Assembly (NCBI GenBank): GCA_040285855.1
Contig: JAUFOQ010000004.1
Span: 1,302,001-1,366,000 of the forward strand
Direction: 5' to 3'
Source: Eukaryota sp. GEM-RC1
Lineage: Eukaryota
Length of the DNA: 64,000 nucleotides
Shown piece by piece: positions 1 through 15,099 of the stretch (positions are counted from its first letter, which is position 1; each line of letters starts with the position of its first letter). A model generated the notes under the pieces. It saw nothing but the letters and a program-made list of their open reading frames with translations, ran no database searches and was not told the origin of the DNA. A program made the translations under genes and the position numbers.

Positions 1-3000
1 ATCAGTAACGACAGTTCTTCTACTCAATTAATTGTTGGTTCAACTGCTTATTTAGATGGAATACTAGAAATTGAATTTGACACAAAGTCTGACTCAACCA
101 GGTATAATTATACTCTGATAGAGTCTGATCAAATTAATGGAAGATTTAGAAGCATAATTAATCCTTGTGCTTCACTTATAACCACCTTTTATTCAAAGTC
201 TTCTCTAATTGTCTCTGTAAATGATTTTGTAGTCGACTTACAACAAGGTTCTTACGTTTCACCTACTGGAGTTGATGATCCTTGTTGTGGAACTTTTGAC
301 AGTCCTTGTGCTTCTTTTAGAGGAGTTTTAGAAAGAATGGGAAGAAAAGGGACGGTGTATTTCCATAGTGGTCACTATTTGTTTAATCAAGGTTTCGGCA
401 AATTAATTGATGTTGATTGGGAAGTTATTGGTCTCGTTGACGTCATCATTGATGGAAGTGATGAGACTATACTTGACATTATTTATTCTTCTTTGACCTT
501 TCATAATTTAATTATCTACGGCAAAAATGTAGTTTTTGAGGTTTCTGATTCATCAATCATTTTTGATTTCGTGAGTGTTCTTTCCGTCTCTAATGATACC
601 ATGTTTTTAATTGAAAATTCCTCTTTAACTACAACAAACTGTCTGTTTGACATCGATTCTTTTCGTCTATTTGAATGTATTGAATCTTTACTTTTCATCA
701 ACAATTCTAGTTTTTCCGGATCATTGTCTGACTCGTTAATCTCGTTGTCATCATCGTCAATGATTTTTGACAATACACTTTTTAATGACTTGAATGTTAA
801 TAATTTGGTTGTTTCTTCCTCTTCGTCTATTAAACTCAATCATTTATCAATAACGGAAGTAACTGCTAACACTGTATTTCAATTACATCAGTCTATTATT
901 CTCATGAATAATTTAATTGTTTTTTCAATCTTTTCAAAAGACTTTTGTTTATAGTACGTTCTCAATTATTTCTCTAAATACTCTCAAAGTGGATCAATCA
1001 ATTTCTACTGTGTGGTTCAGTTTAATCAATTGTAAATTCCACTTACAAAATTTGAATTTCTCAAGTATTCACGGTGATGCTTTTAGTGTCTTAAATTCGA
1101 CGGACTCCTCTTTATCTATGGTTTTGGTTGTGAATTCGAACTTGTCCATCTTTCTCAACGTTTTAAATTCAGGATTGTCCATCAACTCTCTTTCTCTTTT
1201 CAACTGTATAGGAAGTATACTAGAATCTTGTGTTAATAGTTCAATTACCACACAGAATTTGGCCATTACTGATTCATTATTTGATACTTTGTTTTTGTTA
1301 TCAGACTCGTCCTTGAGTTTATCTTTGGGTAACATTGGGTCATCGTCGTTTAATAATAGTACACTTGTGCTTTATAACTCTACCCTGGACATGGAAGAAG
1401 TTACCATTGATTTGGTTTCAACTTCTATTTTCTTAGAGTCTATAGAAAGTAATAGTACTTTTAAGAATATTGTATTACGTCGTTATGAGTTTCTCCAGTT
1501 TTTGGTTCTAACTCTGTCCAAAACTAATTTTTTTCTCTATTCATGGATCGTTGCCAACTGTCTGAATTAGATTTTTCAGTATATGATATTTTTTTAATTG
1601 ACTCGTATCTAACTCTGGAAAAATCTAATATTTCTGGATGTGTTTCTAACCAAGACTTTAAGTTGAGTTTATATTCAGAAAAATCTTACCTGTATTTTCA
1701 TAAGTTTGATCAGGAATTCTACTTTTCTTCATTGGTTTTAGATCATTCCAATGTCTCAATAATGTCATATTCCCCAGTAATTTCTAAGTCTGTTTTAATT
1801 GATGAAGAATCTATTATAATTGGTAATGCTCCATTACTAGATCTTTCCAGATTAATTTCGAATATTTCGATTTTTCCTTCACAACACTGCTGCAACACGT
1901 CTATTTGTCAAGTTTCTCTGAATTTTGATAATATCGAGTATCTTTCAGAGTTACTAGAACTCTCAATCCTTAATAATTTTCTTATTTTTCCACCAGAGGT
2001 TAGATTTAATTCTCAAATTCAATTTGTGCTTAGTGAAGATATTTCTCATCTCTTCATAACACATGGAAGTTAAACGATTTCTGTTCACAATGGTGCCAAT
2101 ATTTTAAATTTGAAGGATTCTCCCACCTTCATTACTCTTCACAGATATTCTCAGTCAATGAACGTCAGTTTTGTTACTTCTTTTATTGACACCGTAATTC
2201 CTGATGTGATTGAGGTAAATCACCTTCAATCTATTTTGATTGATCTGAACAACAAATTGTATTATTTAGATGTCAGTTGTTCTGGTAACTGTGATTTGGC
2301 TTTAGACCATCTTCCGAACTCCACTATTAAGGTTTCTTTTACTGGTATTGAAATTGGATCAATTGTACTGGAGTTTTACGTTAATTATTCCAATTCAAAT
2401 TTCCACTTTCGGATCCCAATATCAGTTGAAAGACCTCCTGTATTTGAACTTGTAAGTCCAAATGTTTTGTCTACCTCTGTAAATTCTCTAGTTTTCATTC
2501 ACAGTTACTCATATTTTGATTTGGAATCCTATTTTTCTTTTGATGATTCTAATATTGAACCTACTAATGTTGAGCTCCTCTCCAGTTCTGATTTCTTCTT
2601 TGTTTATAGATTTGAACTGAATCTTACTTCCATGCCAGTTTTTGAGGGGGAATCTGTCCAAGATCTTTGTTGGTCTCAGAGAGGATTCAGAAGATCATTG
2701 GTCACTCAAATTAAAATATATAATTTTGAATTCAGTAGTAACGATCACGTTAGTGTTTTTGAACATCGTGATATTTCTGTTGACTTCCGAGGAAATCTTA
2801 CCTCAAACGTGACGTGTTCTATTGATGGTCAAATCTTCTTTGGAAAAGTTGTTGATATTTTACTGGTTTGCAAGAGTGTAAGAATTCCAACTTTCCAGCA
2901 ACACGTGTGTGTTGACGTTTACTATGATCACTTTCTTTTGAATTCTTTTGAAATTCATGGTGAATCCTTTTTGGAGGAGGTTTGCTTCGAGTCATTTTCA

Positions 3001-4215
3001 CGTCATCCTTTGGTGAATTCTTCTGAAATTATTTTAAATCGAGAATCAAATTTAATATTCGACGGCTCAAGATGCTGTAGTGTTGATGTTTTCTATTGTT
3101 CAGAATTAATCTCCAAAAATGAATTAGTTACATTCGATTTTCCTTCACTATTTGACATTCATCACGTTATTATCACGTCAAATTCTAGTTGTGAAGAGAT
3201 TGATTCTGGACTTCCTTTTGAACTGATCGTTAACAATCACGCTATTTCACCATCCATTATTTGTAAGCAAATTCCTAGTGGATATTCCTTCGCATCAATG
3301 TGTGAAATAGATGTAATTTTTCCAAAAATTTCTGAGATTACTCTAGTAGCTCTAGAAGACGTTTACTTACTTGAAGTAGAGTTTTATGGATACAAATCTA
3401 ATTCCTGTTTTAAACCTTTTCATGGGGAAAAGGCGTAACTTCATTAGGAGGAATAATTGATGAAGATGTTCATTTGAGATTTAATAATCAATCTTTTGAT
3501 TCAATTTCGGAATTCAAACAATTCGTGGTTGATAAGTCAAGTTTCTGGTCATCGTCATTTCTAACTTTTGCCACTGAGTTGTATTCTCCTTATTGTTATT
3601 ATTCTACTGTTAGTTATCCAACAGTTTTGACTGCTTCATCAGCATCATTTGTAATCTTTCTAGCTGAAGAAGTAGAACTAAATCCTCAATTTTTAAACAT
3701 TTCTATCCCAATTATTTGTGTTGATCCTTTGAATTTCATTGTGCACTGTAGTGATATGTTTACAGTAACGACTTCAACATTTGAATACTTGAGTTTCTAT
3801 TTTTGAATAATTCATTGATTTTTTCTTTCCTGAATTTGATCAAACTAGGAGAACATTCTCTATCAATTACTTATGGTCAAAGTCAATTTTACTGGAATGG
3901 GATTATTGTTCAAAAATTTTATGAAATATTTGAAATTAGTGATTCCGGAACACACTGGTGTGATCACCAATTTACTTTGGATAAAACATGTACTTTATTA
4001 CACTTTTCGTCCACATTAATAACTCAAAATTTATATTCTAATTTTTCAAAAATACTTTTGATTTCAGATTTAAGAATAGATCTTGAGTTTGATACTTCAA
4101 TCCTACATGTTGTTAATGGATCCACTTTGGAAATTATTGGACCTCCACGTCAATCAATGACGATTACACTTTCCTATTCATCCCAATATACTGCTGTCGA
4201 GCTAGTTTCAAATGA
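1..4215 (+). pseudogene. Copy A of giant modular surface/membrane protein family; begins before the window, has an internal deletion and is truncated before the Cys-rich/TM region
   Basis: Near-identical to 37513-43160 (copy D). Lacks D 39490-40922. Shares the in-frame TAA at 2071-2073 with D (41016-41018). Identity to D stops at ~4215 (gtttcaaatga|gtatt vs gtttcaaatga|ttgtcac). Confidence 0.85.
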
Positions 4216-4714
4216 GTATTCTATTTGGAAATTAGAAACTAAACAAATATCATCCATGAATACATAAAAACTTACTTACCTGATACAAGTAAATCTTCAC
4301 TGTTATACAAGCAAATATCGGGGGATGTCGTACAAAATACAACTGGTGAAACACTAGACACACAAAATTCCTGGTCAACAGCACCTTAGTTCTTCTACAA
4401 CATAGTGATAATTGACTTAATAAAGTTTGAAGACTGGCCTTAACAAAGAAACCATGAAACGCTGTTGCCAAATTAATGACGATGTTGAACTTAAACATAC
4501 AATCAAAATTAATGAAAAACTGAGAAGACATTTCATCAATGCTATCAAAAAATAGGAATATGAAATCCACCAAATCCAAATGTCGAGTACAAATTTTGAT
4601 AGAGCACATCAACTGTTGATGTGCTCAACGTCATTCTGCACAAAAGCTATGTTTCGTTTTCGGCCAAGTGATTAAAATCTTTCGAATTCATGATGCTAAA
4701 ATACATACATACAA

Positions 4715-5550
4715 TGTTGTGAGCCTACTATTAGTGGAATCAGACAGAATTCTAGTGGCCTCACTCAAAATCATCACCGAATTCCTATAGAGCTCAAGTT
4801 CTGTCAAATTCCTAAAAACTACACCTTCTGATTGAAGGTTTGAGGAAGTTAAAGACAATAATCCAATGTAAAATGAAGCAGCTACAAATGATGCTGCGGA
4901 ACCGACAAATGACAATTTCCCATTTCCAAACATTCCTTGTGGAAGATCAAAAGAGAGCAGTTTAATCTCAGCTTCTGTTAGAGTTCTGGTATAAAACTGG
5001 ACGGCGCGCATTTTACCTTGAAAATCATTACCGTCTGGTTGTATTTCAGAAAGAGGAAAAAGAGGAGGAGGGCCCTTAGAACATTGATATGGAGATTGAG
5101 GAACAACAGGCTCTGACACCAAAGTTCTATTGATATACACACGAGATGACTCGTGATCAAATGTAAATTCCACGTGGAACTACTTACGAAAAGGAAGAAC
5201 ATCATGAGTAATAGAAGAACCCCAGTGTAGACTGTTGTCTGAGAAGTGAAGCCTACAAGGACTTTGACAGTACCCAAAACCTGCACCACCTCCCTCTTCC
5301 AAGTATATCCATAAAGATATAGAAGTACCTCTCCAACCGTGTTCTTTAGGGATATTGGAACATGTAAGATGTCAAAATGTTTGATATCTAAATAACCACC
5401 GATATCGTCAGTTTTCCATTCAGGTCCATCAATTTTGATTGCAGCAGGATCATGTTTTCCTGAAAAGTCAATTGGGCTAGGTGAATAAACCCAGCTGTAG
5501 TAAAGAAACAAGTCAGGATCAGAAGAATCAAAAACACTGTCAATAATAAA
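4715..5550 (-). pseudogene. Orphan LamG/concanavalin-like module of the surface-protein family
   Basis: ORFs 4978..5598 and 4688..5173 contain FLYYSWVYSPSPIDFSGKHDPAAIKIDGPEWKTDDIGGYLDI ... FQGKMRAVQFYTRTLTEAEI ... GNGKLSF, homologous to modules 2 and 3 of copy C (23961.., 25320..) but a distinct variant. No signal peptide or TM region attached. Confidence 0.8.
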
Positions 5551-5802
5551 ATTAAATATTAAACATATTAAATATTTCAAACATTTTGATAGCATCATAT
5601 AATATCTTGTTTATCTACAAACGTTCTATTAAAAACAAAGACATATCCGCTACATAGCTTTTTTTACTAACGTGCATTGTTACAGAAGATGTATTATACA
5701 TGAATTGTTATGTTTATTACTTTCTTGTAATCAAGTAAGAAAACGTCGGCTCATATAGGTTCAAACAATCAAAAAATGGAAAACCACAACAGTAAATCAA
5801 AC

Positions 5803-8800
5803 TCAAACATACACCATGAAATTATGTACACAAACTAAAGAACTAATTCCAAGAACAACTCGTTCAAAAGAAGTAGAAACACAGTAAAGACAAATCAATA
5901 AAACTGTTTGAATAATGAAATAGATTAAACTCGGTAGTAACTCTGCAAAGATTATGACACAATAAACAACAAGTGAAAAAATATAAGGGAGTGTTCGTTG
6001 AGCATATATGACATAAAAAACAAAAATAATATGAATAAAAACAAAAATAAATAATAGAAATGGCAATTGTTGACTAAAGAAATGAGACAAAGTCATTCCA
6101 AAAACATAATTTAGTGAAATAAAGGCAGCTCCAGTAAAGAAGGAACTATGAAAAATATTAAAAGTTTTGAACTTAAAATATTCTGTTAAGCAAAATCTTG
6201 AAGAAAACGACAGAGAGCATACAATTAAAGGTAACAATATCATTGACTTATCTAAATAAAACAGAGATGAAACATATTCAAGAAAAATCAAACTGAAGGA
6301 AACTCTTTTGTAACTGAAGACTGAAACTGAGAAAAGAAAGACATTCAAAATATTGGAATAATTTAAATGATGCTTCAAAATTTGAGAGGAACGGAAAAAC
6401 GATAAAGAAGAGATGGACAATCATAAAAGCACGTGACATTACTTTTGATTGAAGAAAGGCAATGAGGAGCACATCTGCCACAAACAGAACTACAACAAAG
6501 AACATGAATAGAAGAATTTTGAAAAATAAATGTTCTTTTCCGATACAATAAATCCTAGTAACAACAGCATCTTCAGTACAATATTGACACAAATCTCCAT
6601 AAGCATGACGTGATCTGCAGGAATTCTCGTGACAACTATACCAAAAAACACACTCATCTAGTTCCCAAGTATCAGTATTTAATCTAAAACCAGGTTCAAT
6701 TCCAGTCAAATTTCCATATCCACATTCAGCTAAATGAGGACAAGGTAAACAAGAATCTACAGAATCTAGAGTGTTCAAAGGACAAACACATTGGACAAGA
6801 TCACTAGAACCTTTTTGAAGAGTAACTCTAGGAAAAGAACAAGACCTACATTCTGAATTAAATTCTGAACTTGAATAATAATTTAGCGAACATTCCACAC
6901 ATTCACCAAGAGAATTAAATTCCATTCCTTTTGAACATAAACATCCATGTCCAGAATTCAATTTAGGAAAGTGACAATCATTGGATACCAGATTGCTAGT
7001 AGCAGAATGCGATAAATAGGAAATTGTAATCGTCATTGACTGACGTGGAGGTCCAATAATCTGCAACGTGGATTCATTAACGACATGTAAAACTGAAGAC
7101 GCAACTTCAAGAACAATACTTAAATCTGAAAACATAATGGCTTTCGAATAATTAGAAAATTGATTTTGAATTATCAATTTAGATGAGAAGTCCAATAAAG
7201 TACATGCATTATCAGAGGTATAGTGATGATCACATCTAGTAGTTTTAAAATGACCAACTTCAAATATTTCATTAAAATTTTGAATAACATTCACATTCCA
7301 ATAAAACTGACTTTGATTGTAAGTAATTAAGAACGAATGTTCCCCAAGATTGATCATATTCGATAAAAAGAAAATCAATGAATTGGAAATGACATCAAAT
7401 TTCAAGTATTCAAATGTTGAAGTCATTACTGTAAACATATCACCACAGTCAACAACGAAATTCAAAGGATCGACACACAATATCGGAATTGAAATATTCA
7501 AATATTGAGGATTTAGTTCTACAACATCAGCTAGAAAGATCACAAATACTGCTGACGACGCAGTAAAAACAGTTGGATGACTAACAATAGAATAATAACA
7601 ATAAGAAGAATATAACTCAGTGGGAAAAGATAGAGATGATGATGACCAGAAAGTTGTCTTATCAACCACAAATTGTTTGAATTCTGAAATTGAATAATAT
7701 GATTGATTATTAAATCGCAAATGAATAACTTCATCAATTAGTTGTCCTAGAGAAGTTACTCCTTTTACCAATGAAAAGGTTTAAAACAAGAATTAGATTT
7801 GTAACCATAAAACTCTACTTCTAGTAAAAAAACGTCATCTAAAGGTAGTAGAGTAATTTCAGAAGTATTTGGTAAAATTAAATCTATTTCACACATTGAT
7901 GCAAATGAATAACCACTAGGAATTTGCTTACAAGAAACGGAAGTGGAAAGAGTTTGATTGTTGACAATGAGCGCAAAAGGAAAACCAGAATCAATGCCCT
8001 GACAACTAGAATTAGACGTGATTATGATGTGATGAATGTCATAATTAGATTCAAAGAAAAAAGAAACCATTTCGGTAATGTAAAAGAATTCTGAACAATA
8101 AGAAACATCAACACTACAACATCTTGAACCATCAAATATTAAATTTGTTTTCATATTCGAATTAATCTCAAAAGAATTTACCACAGGGTGATGTGTAAAT
8201 GAGCTGAAGCATATCTCCTCCAAAAAAAGCCTCACCATAAAGTTCAAAAGAATTCAAAAGAAAGTAATCATAGTAAATGTCAACAGACACGTGTTGCTGA
8301 AAAGTTGGAATTCGGACACTCTTGCAAACCAGCACGTGATCAACGACTTGTCCGAAGAAGGTTTGATCATCAATAGAACAAGTCACGTTTGAAGTAAGAT
8401 TTCCTTTGAAGTCAACAGAAATATCACGATGTTCAAAAACACTGACGTGATCGTTACTGCTGAATTCCAAATTGAAGAATTTAATTTCTGAAACAAGCTG
8501 TCTTCTGAATCCTATCTGAGACCAACAAAGATCTAGGACATATTCACCGTCAAACACTGATATGGAAGTAAGATTCAGATCAAATCTGTAAACAAAGAAG
8601 GAATCAGAACTGGAGATGAGCTCAACGTGAGTAGGTTCAATAACAGAATTATCAATCAAAAAATATCCTGTTATGACAAAATGTGAGTAACTCAAAATTT
8701 CTAGAAGAGAATCTTCAGATGTTGTGACAACATTTGGACTTATAAGTTCAAACACTGGAGGATTTTCTACTACTATAGGAATTCGAAAGTTGAAATTGGA

Positions 8801-11800
8801 ATTAAGATAAAGAATAATAAACTCCAAAGTAATTGTTTCGGACTCAAATCCAGTAAAAGAGATAATTGGAACTGATTCATGTATATACTTCGAGTGTAAA
8901 TCACAGAAACCAAGACAACGTACATTTAAACGATAAAGTATATTTCTTAAATCAATCAGGCTTGACTGAAAATTATTGAGCTCAATTACCTCAGGAATTT
9001 CTGAGTAAAGCATAGAGGTAACAACACTGATGTTCATTGACTGAGAGAATCTGTGAAGACTGATAAATGTAGAAGCATCTTGCAAATTTAAAATATTTGC
9101 CCCATTGTTAACAGGTACAGCTTGACTCCCAACGGTTATAAAAAGATGTTTAATATCTTCAACAAGAGTAAACTCAATGCGTGAATTATAACTAACTTCT
9201 GGGGGAAAAATAAGAAAGTTCTTGGCTTCAACTGAAAGGCTTAAAGGTAAAATATCTAAAAATGATGTTCCTATTAAAGTACAATTTCCCATACTAGAAA
9301 ACTCAACATCAAAAATTAGGGAAGATTCAGAGAAACCAGAAAGTATAGATGAACAATTGTCAAAATGAAAACTGTTTTGAATCACAGAGAAACTGTAAAA
9401 TGAAATACCCTCAACTTCAACAAGAACTTCAGTAGTTATAGGTTCATTTAACCATTGGACATGCTTTGGAGATAAATAAGAAGGCTCAACAACAAAAGGT
9501 AAATTATAAATTGCAAAACAACCAAGTTTGGAACAAATTTTTAAATCTTGTGGTATTCCAGGTACATAAGAAATAAATGTAACACTAGCAAACGATTCAG
9601 TTGATCCAAAATAAAGAAAATAAATACTATCGGGAACATTAGGTTCAATGAAAGTTTCGAGGAACGAAAAGGACTCCAAATAACTGTAAACATCAATTTC
9701 ACAAGCAAAACCTACAAAACAAACAAACTCAGTTTTTCTCGCAATACAGGAAGTCACTGGTACAGATATTAAAAAATTGAAATCTTCGATAAAGATTACA
9801 AACTCTGTTGACCCATATAATTCACCTGTGATAACAGTCATTTCACTATCAGAAGAGATGTTGAACGTTGCAGTACTAACAGCAAATTCAATATATGAAT
9901 TATGAAAACAATTAAACATTTTTGAGAAATTTCGATAATGTAAAAGAATAGTTTCACCAGTGGGGGAAAGAGGAACAGGTTGATAAATAACTTTTGGTGG
10001 ACGAAAACTGAGTTGATAAGAAGTACTACTCTGATTTCCAATTATTAAATCAATTTCAAATTTGGTGGAATTGATATCACAAATATAATGTACATCTAAA
10101 ATAATTTCATCATGTGTGTAATTGAACACATCAACTTGTGGAAAGCTTGAAAGCAAAGAGAAAAATTCAAAATTTGTGGAAAAATCTGATCCTTTTAGAG
10201 TCAGTGATCCTGTTAAAGGGAAAGGATTTGGAGTTACAGAATGAATGATAGGTTGTTTAAAACAGTAATGAAAGAACAACGTTTCCGTATCAGTTGATCT
10301 AGATATGACCATTTCATGACACCCATGACCCTCAAAAAGAAAATATTTAAATTTTCATGATTACTTGAAGAATATTCAAGACTTTGATTGACCCATGCAG
10401 TTGAATGATGAATAACAATAGGATCTAATCCAAGATTAAAAGCAAACAGTGGTACAAATCCACCTCTAGTTGGAGGTTCTAGACTAACAAACTCAATAGG
10501 ACACATAGGAACGAATAGGTGATGAAAAGAAAATATTCTGGAAAAACCTAAATTAAAATAAATTGAATTATTCATTGGATTGAAAGTAATAATGTCGGTT
10601 AAAAAAAAAGTCAAGAGAATTCAATAAGAAGTTGTGGTAGAATTCATCATTATTAGGGACTGAGAGTTCCAGTAACTCTGAAATATATCCTATATTATTG
10701 AAATTCAGAGAAACCTGACAGATAGACGTGTTACAACAGTGTTGCGAAGGAGAAATTGAAATATTTGAAATTAAAAACGAAAGATCTAGTAATGGAGCAT
10801 TCCCAAGGATAATAGATTCTTCATCAATGGAAACAGACTTTGAAATTATTGGAAAATGTGACATTATAGTAATATTGGAATGGTCCAAAACTATTGAAGA
10901 AAAGAAGAATTCCTGGTCAAAAGCAAGTAAATGGAGAAAAGATTGTTCTGAATATAAACTCAATTTAAATTGTTCATTAGAAACACATCCCGAAAGATAA
11001 GATGTTTCCAGTGTTAGATAAGATTCAATTAAAATAATGTCGTAAATTGAATAATCTAATTCAAAAAGTTGACAACGATCCATAGACAGAGAGTAGAAAC
11101 TCGCTTTAGATCTGGTTAATACCAAAAACTGGAGAAAATCATAATTACGTATGATAACATTCTCAAAAGTACTAGTACTTTCTTTTGACTCTAGGAAAAC
11201 AGAAGTTGAAACCATATCAATGGTAACCTCCTCCATCTGCAGGGTAGAGTTATAAATCACAAGTGTACTATTATTAAACGACGATGAACCAATGTTACCC
11301 AAAGATAAACTCAATGACGAATCTGATAACAAAAACAACGTATCAAATACTGAATCAGTAATGGTCAAATTATGTGTGGTAATTGAGCTATTGACAGAAT
11401 GTTCTAGTATACTTCCTGTGCAGTTGAAAAGAGAAAGAAGATAAATGGTCAATTCTGAATTTAAGGCGTTAAGGAAGACAGATAAGTTTGAATTAACAAC
11501 CAAAACCATAGATAAAGAGGAGTCCGTTGAATTTACAACACTGAAAGCATCACCGTGAGTACTAGAGAAATTCAAATTATTTAAGTGGAATAAACAATTG
11601 ACTAAACTGAACCACACATTAGAAATTGATTGATCAATTTCGATCAAACTCAGAAAAATAGTTGATAAGTTACCGCAAACAAAATCTTTTGAAGAAACTG
11701 AAGTAATATTTAAATTATTCATAACGATATCAGATTGATCTAAATGAAATACCGAGTTAGCAGTAACTTGCATTATTGACGAATGACTGAACTCAATAAA

Positions 11801-14800
11801 AGAAAAAGAAGAATAAACCAAATTACTAGTATTCAAGTAGGTAAAAAGTGAATTGTCAACAAGCAATGACGATGATGATAACGAGATTAATGAGTCAGAC
11901 AATGATCCGGAAAAAAATGAATTGTCAACAAAAACTGAAGATTTGAGACCTTCAAATAGGCGAAGAGAATCAATATCAAACAAACAGTTTGTGAAGCGAA
12001 CAATGGAATTTTGAATCAGAAACAGGTTATCATTGGAGACAGAACGAAAGTTCATAAAATCAAAATTGATTGATGAATTACAAATTTCAAAAGAACATTA
12101 TTACCGTAAACCTTTAAGTTTTGGATGGTCAAAGAAGATGAAACCGCATCAAGAAAGACGAGATCAATTCCATCAATGATCACGTCGCCAAGACCAGTAA
12201 CTTCCCAATTAACATCAATTAATTTGCCGAAACCTTGACTAAGAAAATAGTAACCACTATGAAAATAAACCTTCCCTTTTCTACCCATTCTTTCTAAGAC
12301 TCCTTTAAAAGAAGCACAAGGACTGTCAAAAGTTCCACAACAAGGATCATCAACACCAGAAGGAGAAATGTAAGAAACTTGATTAAGATCTAGTACAATA
12401 TCATTTAAAGAAATAATAAGAGAATTATCTGAATAAAAAGTAGTAATAAGCGAAGCACATGTATTGATAATGCTAGTAAATCTTCCATTAATTTGACCAG
12501 CTTCTATAAGTGTGTAATTAGCCCCAGTTGAAGCAGACTTAGTATCAAATTCTAGTTCTAGTATTCCATCTAAAAAAAGCCGTTGAACCAACAATTAATT
12601 GAGTAGATGAAGTGTCGTTATTGATTTGAAGAGAGACGATTGATGAAGGAGTAAGAGAAAGGTTGTCTTTAAAAGTAAAGATAGTTGAAGGGTAAATCCG
12701 ACCAAAATTTAAAATATTAGTATCAATGGTACCAAACCCGATCATAGTTTGATAATCAAAGAGAACAAACAGCGGGGCAATCAAGAGAGTAGAATCAAAG
12801 AGAGCCAATGTGTTGTTGAAAGCGAAAGAAACATCAGAAACATTTACATCATTTCTCATCAAAACATCAGAATGACAAGTGATTGAACCGTTGGGTGAAA
12901 ATTGGAACTCTGAAACTGACACGTCATCAAGAACCACGTGACTGTAGAAATGCATGGAATTCGCCAATTGAACTTGACCAGTGACTGATGAATTATCCGC
13001 TGATTCTTGAACAACTAAGGAAGATGCGAAATTCCCAGAATTAATTTTAGCAACAGTTTCTATCAACAATGGCGAACTTCCAAGTATTTGGCAATGAAAA
13101 CAGTAGAAATACCCAACAATTATCTGAGTGCTGGACGTTGACTCAAAAGTTGAAAAGGATAAATCTAAATTACGGATATTATAAAAGTCAAAATCATTAT
13201 GAAAACGACTGTTGATAGCAATCAAACTGACACTTGATAATGATATGTCGACTGAACCATCATAGTAGAGCTCACTTGAATTTAAGGTGAGAGTTAAATC
13301 ATCAGAAACAATTTTTGAATCACTAGTTACATTTACTAAAGAATTAGCCCATAATTCGAAGAACTTTAAATAGTCCAAATAGACGTCATTTAAATAAAGA
13401 GTCGAGTAACTAAGAGAAATTGTTCTAATGCCAAACGTGGTCGAATATAACTGTACTTCTGAATTGATAAGTGAAAACTTGCCTTGTCCAAAGATACCAC
13501 TAGACCGTGAACTATAAGAAAAACTAGACCTATAATGGGCATTAATACCACTAATTTCTTTGCCCTCCAATTGAGTAATACGACCTGGATTTAATCGTTC
13601 AACAGTCAAGGTAGTAGTCCTACCTAGAGCACCATCATAATGAGTACCCCAAGACCACACGTCATTGCTGACGTCAACAGCAATAGAGTGATCCCTTCCT
13701 GCAGCCGCAGTAATCACGTTTCCAATGTTTTTTACTTCAACTGGAGTAGTGGAAGAAGATGTACTACCTCTACCTAGTCTACCCCTACCACCATCACCCC
13801 AACTCCACAGCTTCTGGTTAACATCAATTGCAAGAGCGTGAAGATTACTGGTGTCTATAAAAGTAAACTCAATATCCTCAGCAAATAGAGTTGGAGAAGG
13901 ATAAGTTCCAGATCCACCTAATACTCTTCCACAAGTTGCAGTAGAACCATCCTCTTTGATGAAAAAAGCTGCCTGACCAGCTGCAATAAATTTAATTTTT
14001 GCAAGAATTCGATTGGCATTGGTGAATTTTCGTTAGCATTGTTTGAGCTACATAAAATACTGAAAGAACCACTTCCCCATCCAAAAACTTTACCATCTCC
14101 AGTTAAAGCAAATGATGTGAGATGTCGACCACCAATTTGTTTAACATTTTCTAAATTTTGAATTAAAGAAGGGGTGTCTTTGTTAATTGAATGTCCTAAA
14201 CCTAACTGACCATACTGGTTATTACCCCAAGAGTACACAGAACCAGAAATATTCAAGGCATAACTTGAGCGATAAGAAGCGACAATTTGAATAATATTAG
14301 AAATTTGAATTCTCTCATGAAAATTCCGATCACCGCTGTCGTATCCTAGTTGTCCATGGTCATTATTTCCAGCACTGTAAACGTCACCATTTGTTAACAG
14401 AACTAGAGAATGCCATCTTCCAGCAGAAGCCTGTCTAATAGGATAAGGAAGATTGAATGACTCTGGTAACCATTGACTTCCAGATAGTTCTCCTCCAAGG
14501 TTACCGAAACCACTCCATCCCCAAACATGAAGAACATCAGAACTGATTCGGGATTCGGCATCATTACGGGAAGTAACATTGACCAAAACAAGTTCACTGG
14601 AGCCATCGAGATCAATTGAACAACGTTTCCAGTCAAAGAGACGAGTGACTATAAGTTTGTGAGAAAAGAGACTAACATGGTCAGAATCGACAATGAGAAA
14701 ATCAACGGAAGTAAAAGAGAGACGAGATGATGATTCAGTACTCAAGCTACCCCCGTTGATGATAAGGCTATCAGAAACAGTGAGGGTAGAATTACCTCTG

Positions 14801-15030
14801 AAAAGAAGCTCAACATTGGAGGAGAGTGTGAGAGATGATACAAGAACTTTAGATTGAACAATTACTGTTAAAGGAGAGGTTTGAGGTGGAAAATAAGCGA
14901 AAGAATGTTTTGAAGGAGCTATACCCGTTTCCCAGTTGTTACCATCAGTCCAAAACCCATCAGTTGTAGCATTCCAACGATAAACTGAGGCAAACGCATA
15001 ACAACAAAGGATCAGAACGACTACTATCAT
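5803..15030 (-). CDS. Copy B: ~3,070-aa modular surface protein (signal peptide, RCC1 repeats, beta-helix-like/IPT-like stalk, ephrin-receptor-like CxxC repeats, multi-pass TM C-terminus); frameshifted in this assembly
   Basis: Tiling ORFs 13918..15030, 12545..13717, 12052..12594, 10568..12055, 10234..10614, 8168..10312, 7765..8247, 6278..7771, 5803..6420. Hydrophobic N-terminus MIVVVLILCCYAFA. RCC1 motifs (ASAGRWHSLVLLTNGDVYSAGNNDHGQLG; VYSWGNNQYGQLGLG). YISPSGVDDPCCGTFDSPC beta-helix cap-like motif. CxxCxxNYYS/CxxC..GS..C repeats. Several hydrophobic helices at the end. Confidence 0.8.
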
Positions 15031-15071
15031 AAAAGACTGGAAGAATTAGTTAGAAATTGTTGCAGTTGTTG

Positions 15072-15099
15072 AGGAAAGTTGCAGATAGACAACTTTCCT
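15072..15099. promoter_or_regulatory. 10-bp inverted repeat ~40-70 bp upstream of the copy B start codon, conserved upstream of copy C
   Basis: AGGAAAGTTG-N8-CAACTTTCCT is perfect here; AGGAAAGTTG-N8-CAACTTCCCT occurs at 20305-20332 upstream of copy C. A regulatory role is inferred only. Confidence 0.35.

Noticed and set aside
516..1335. Antisense ORFs (516..839, 1069..1335 and equivalents at 10728, 28387, 38028, 38580, 53361, 59531)
   Set aside because: Shadows of Ser/Phe/Leu-rich or coiled-coil coding strands; they recur only because the host genes are duplicated.
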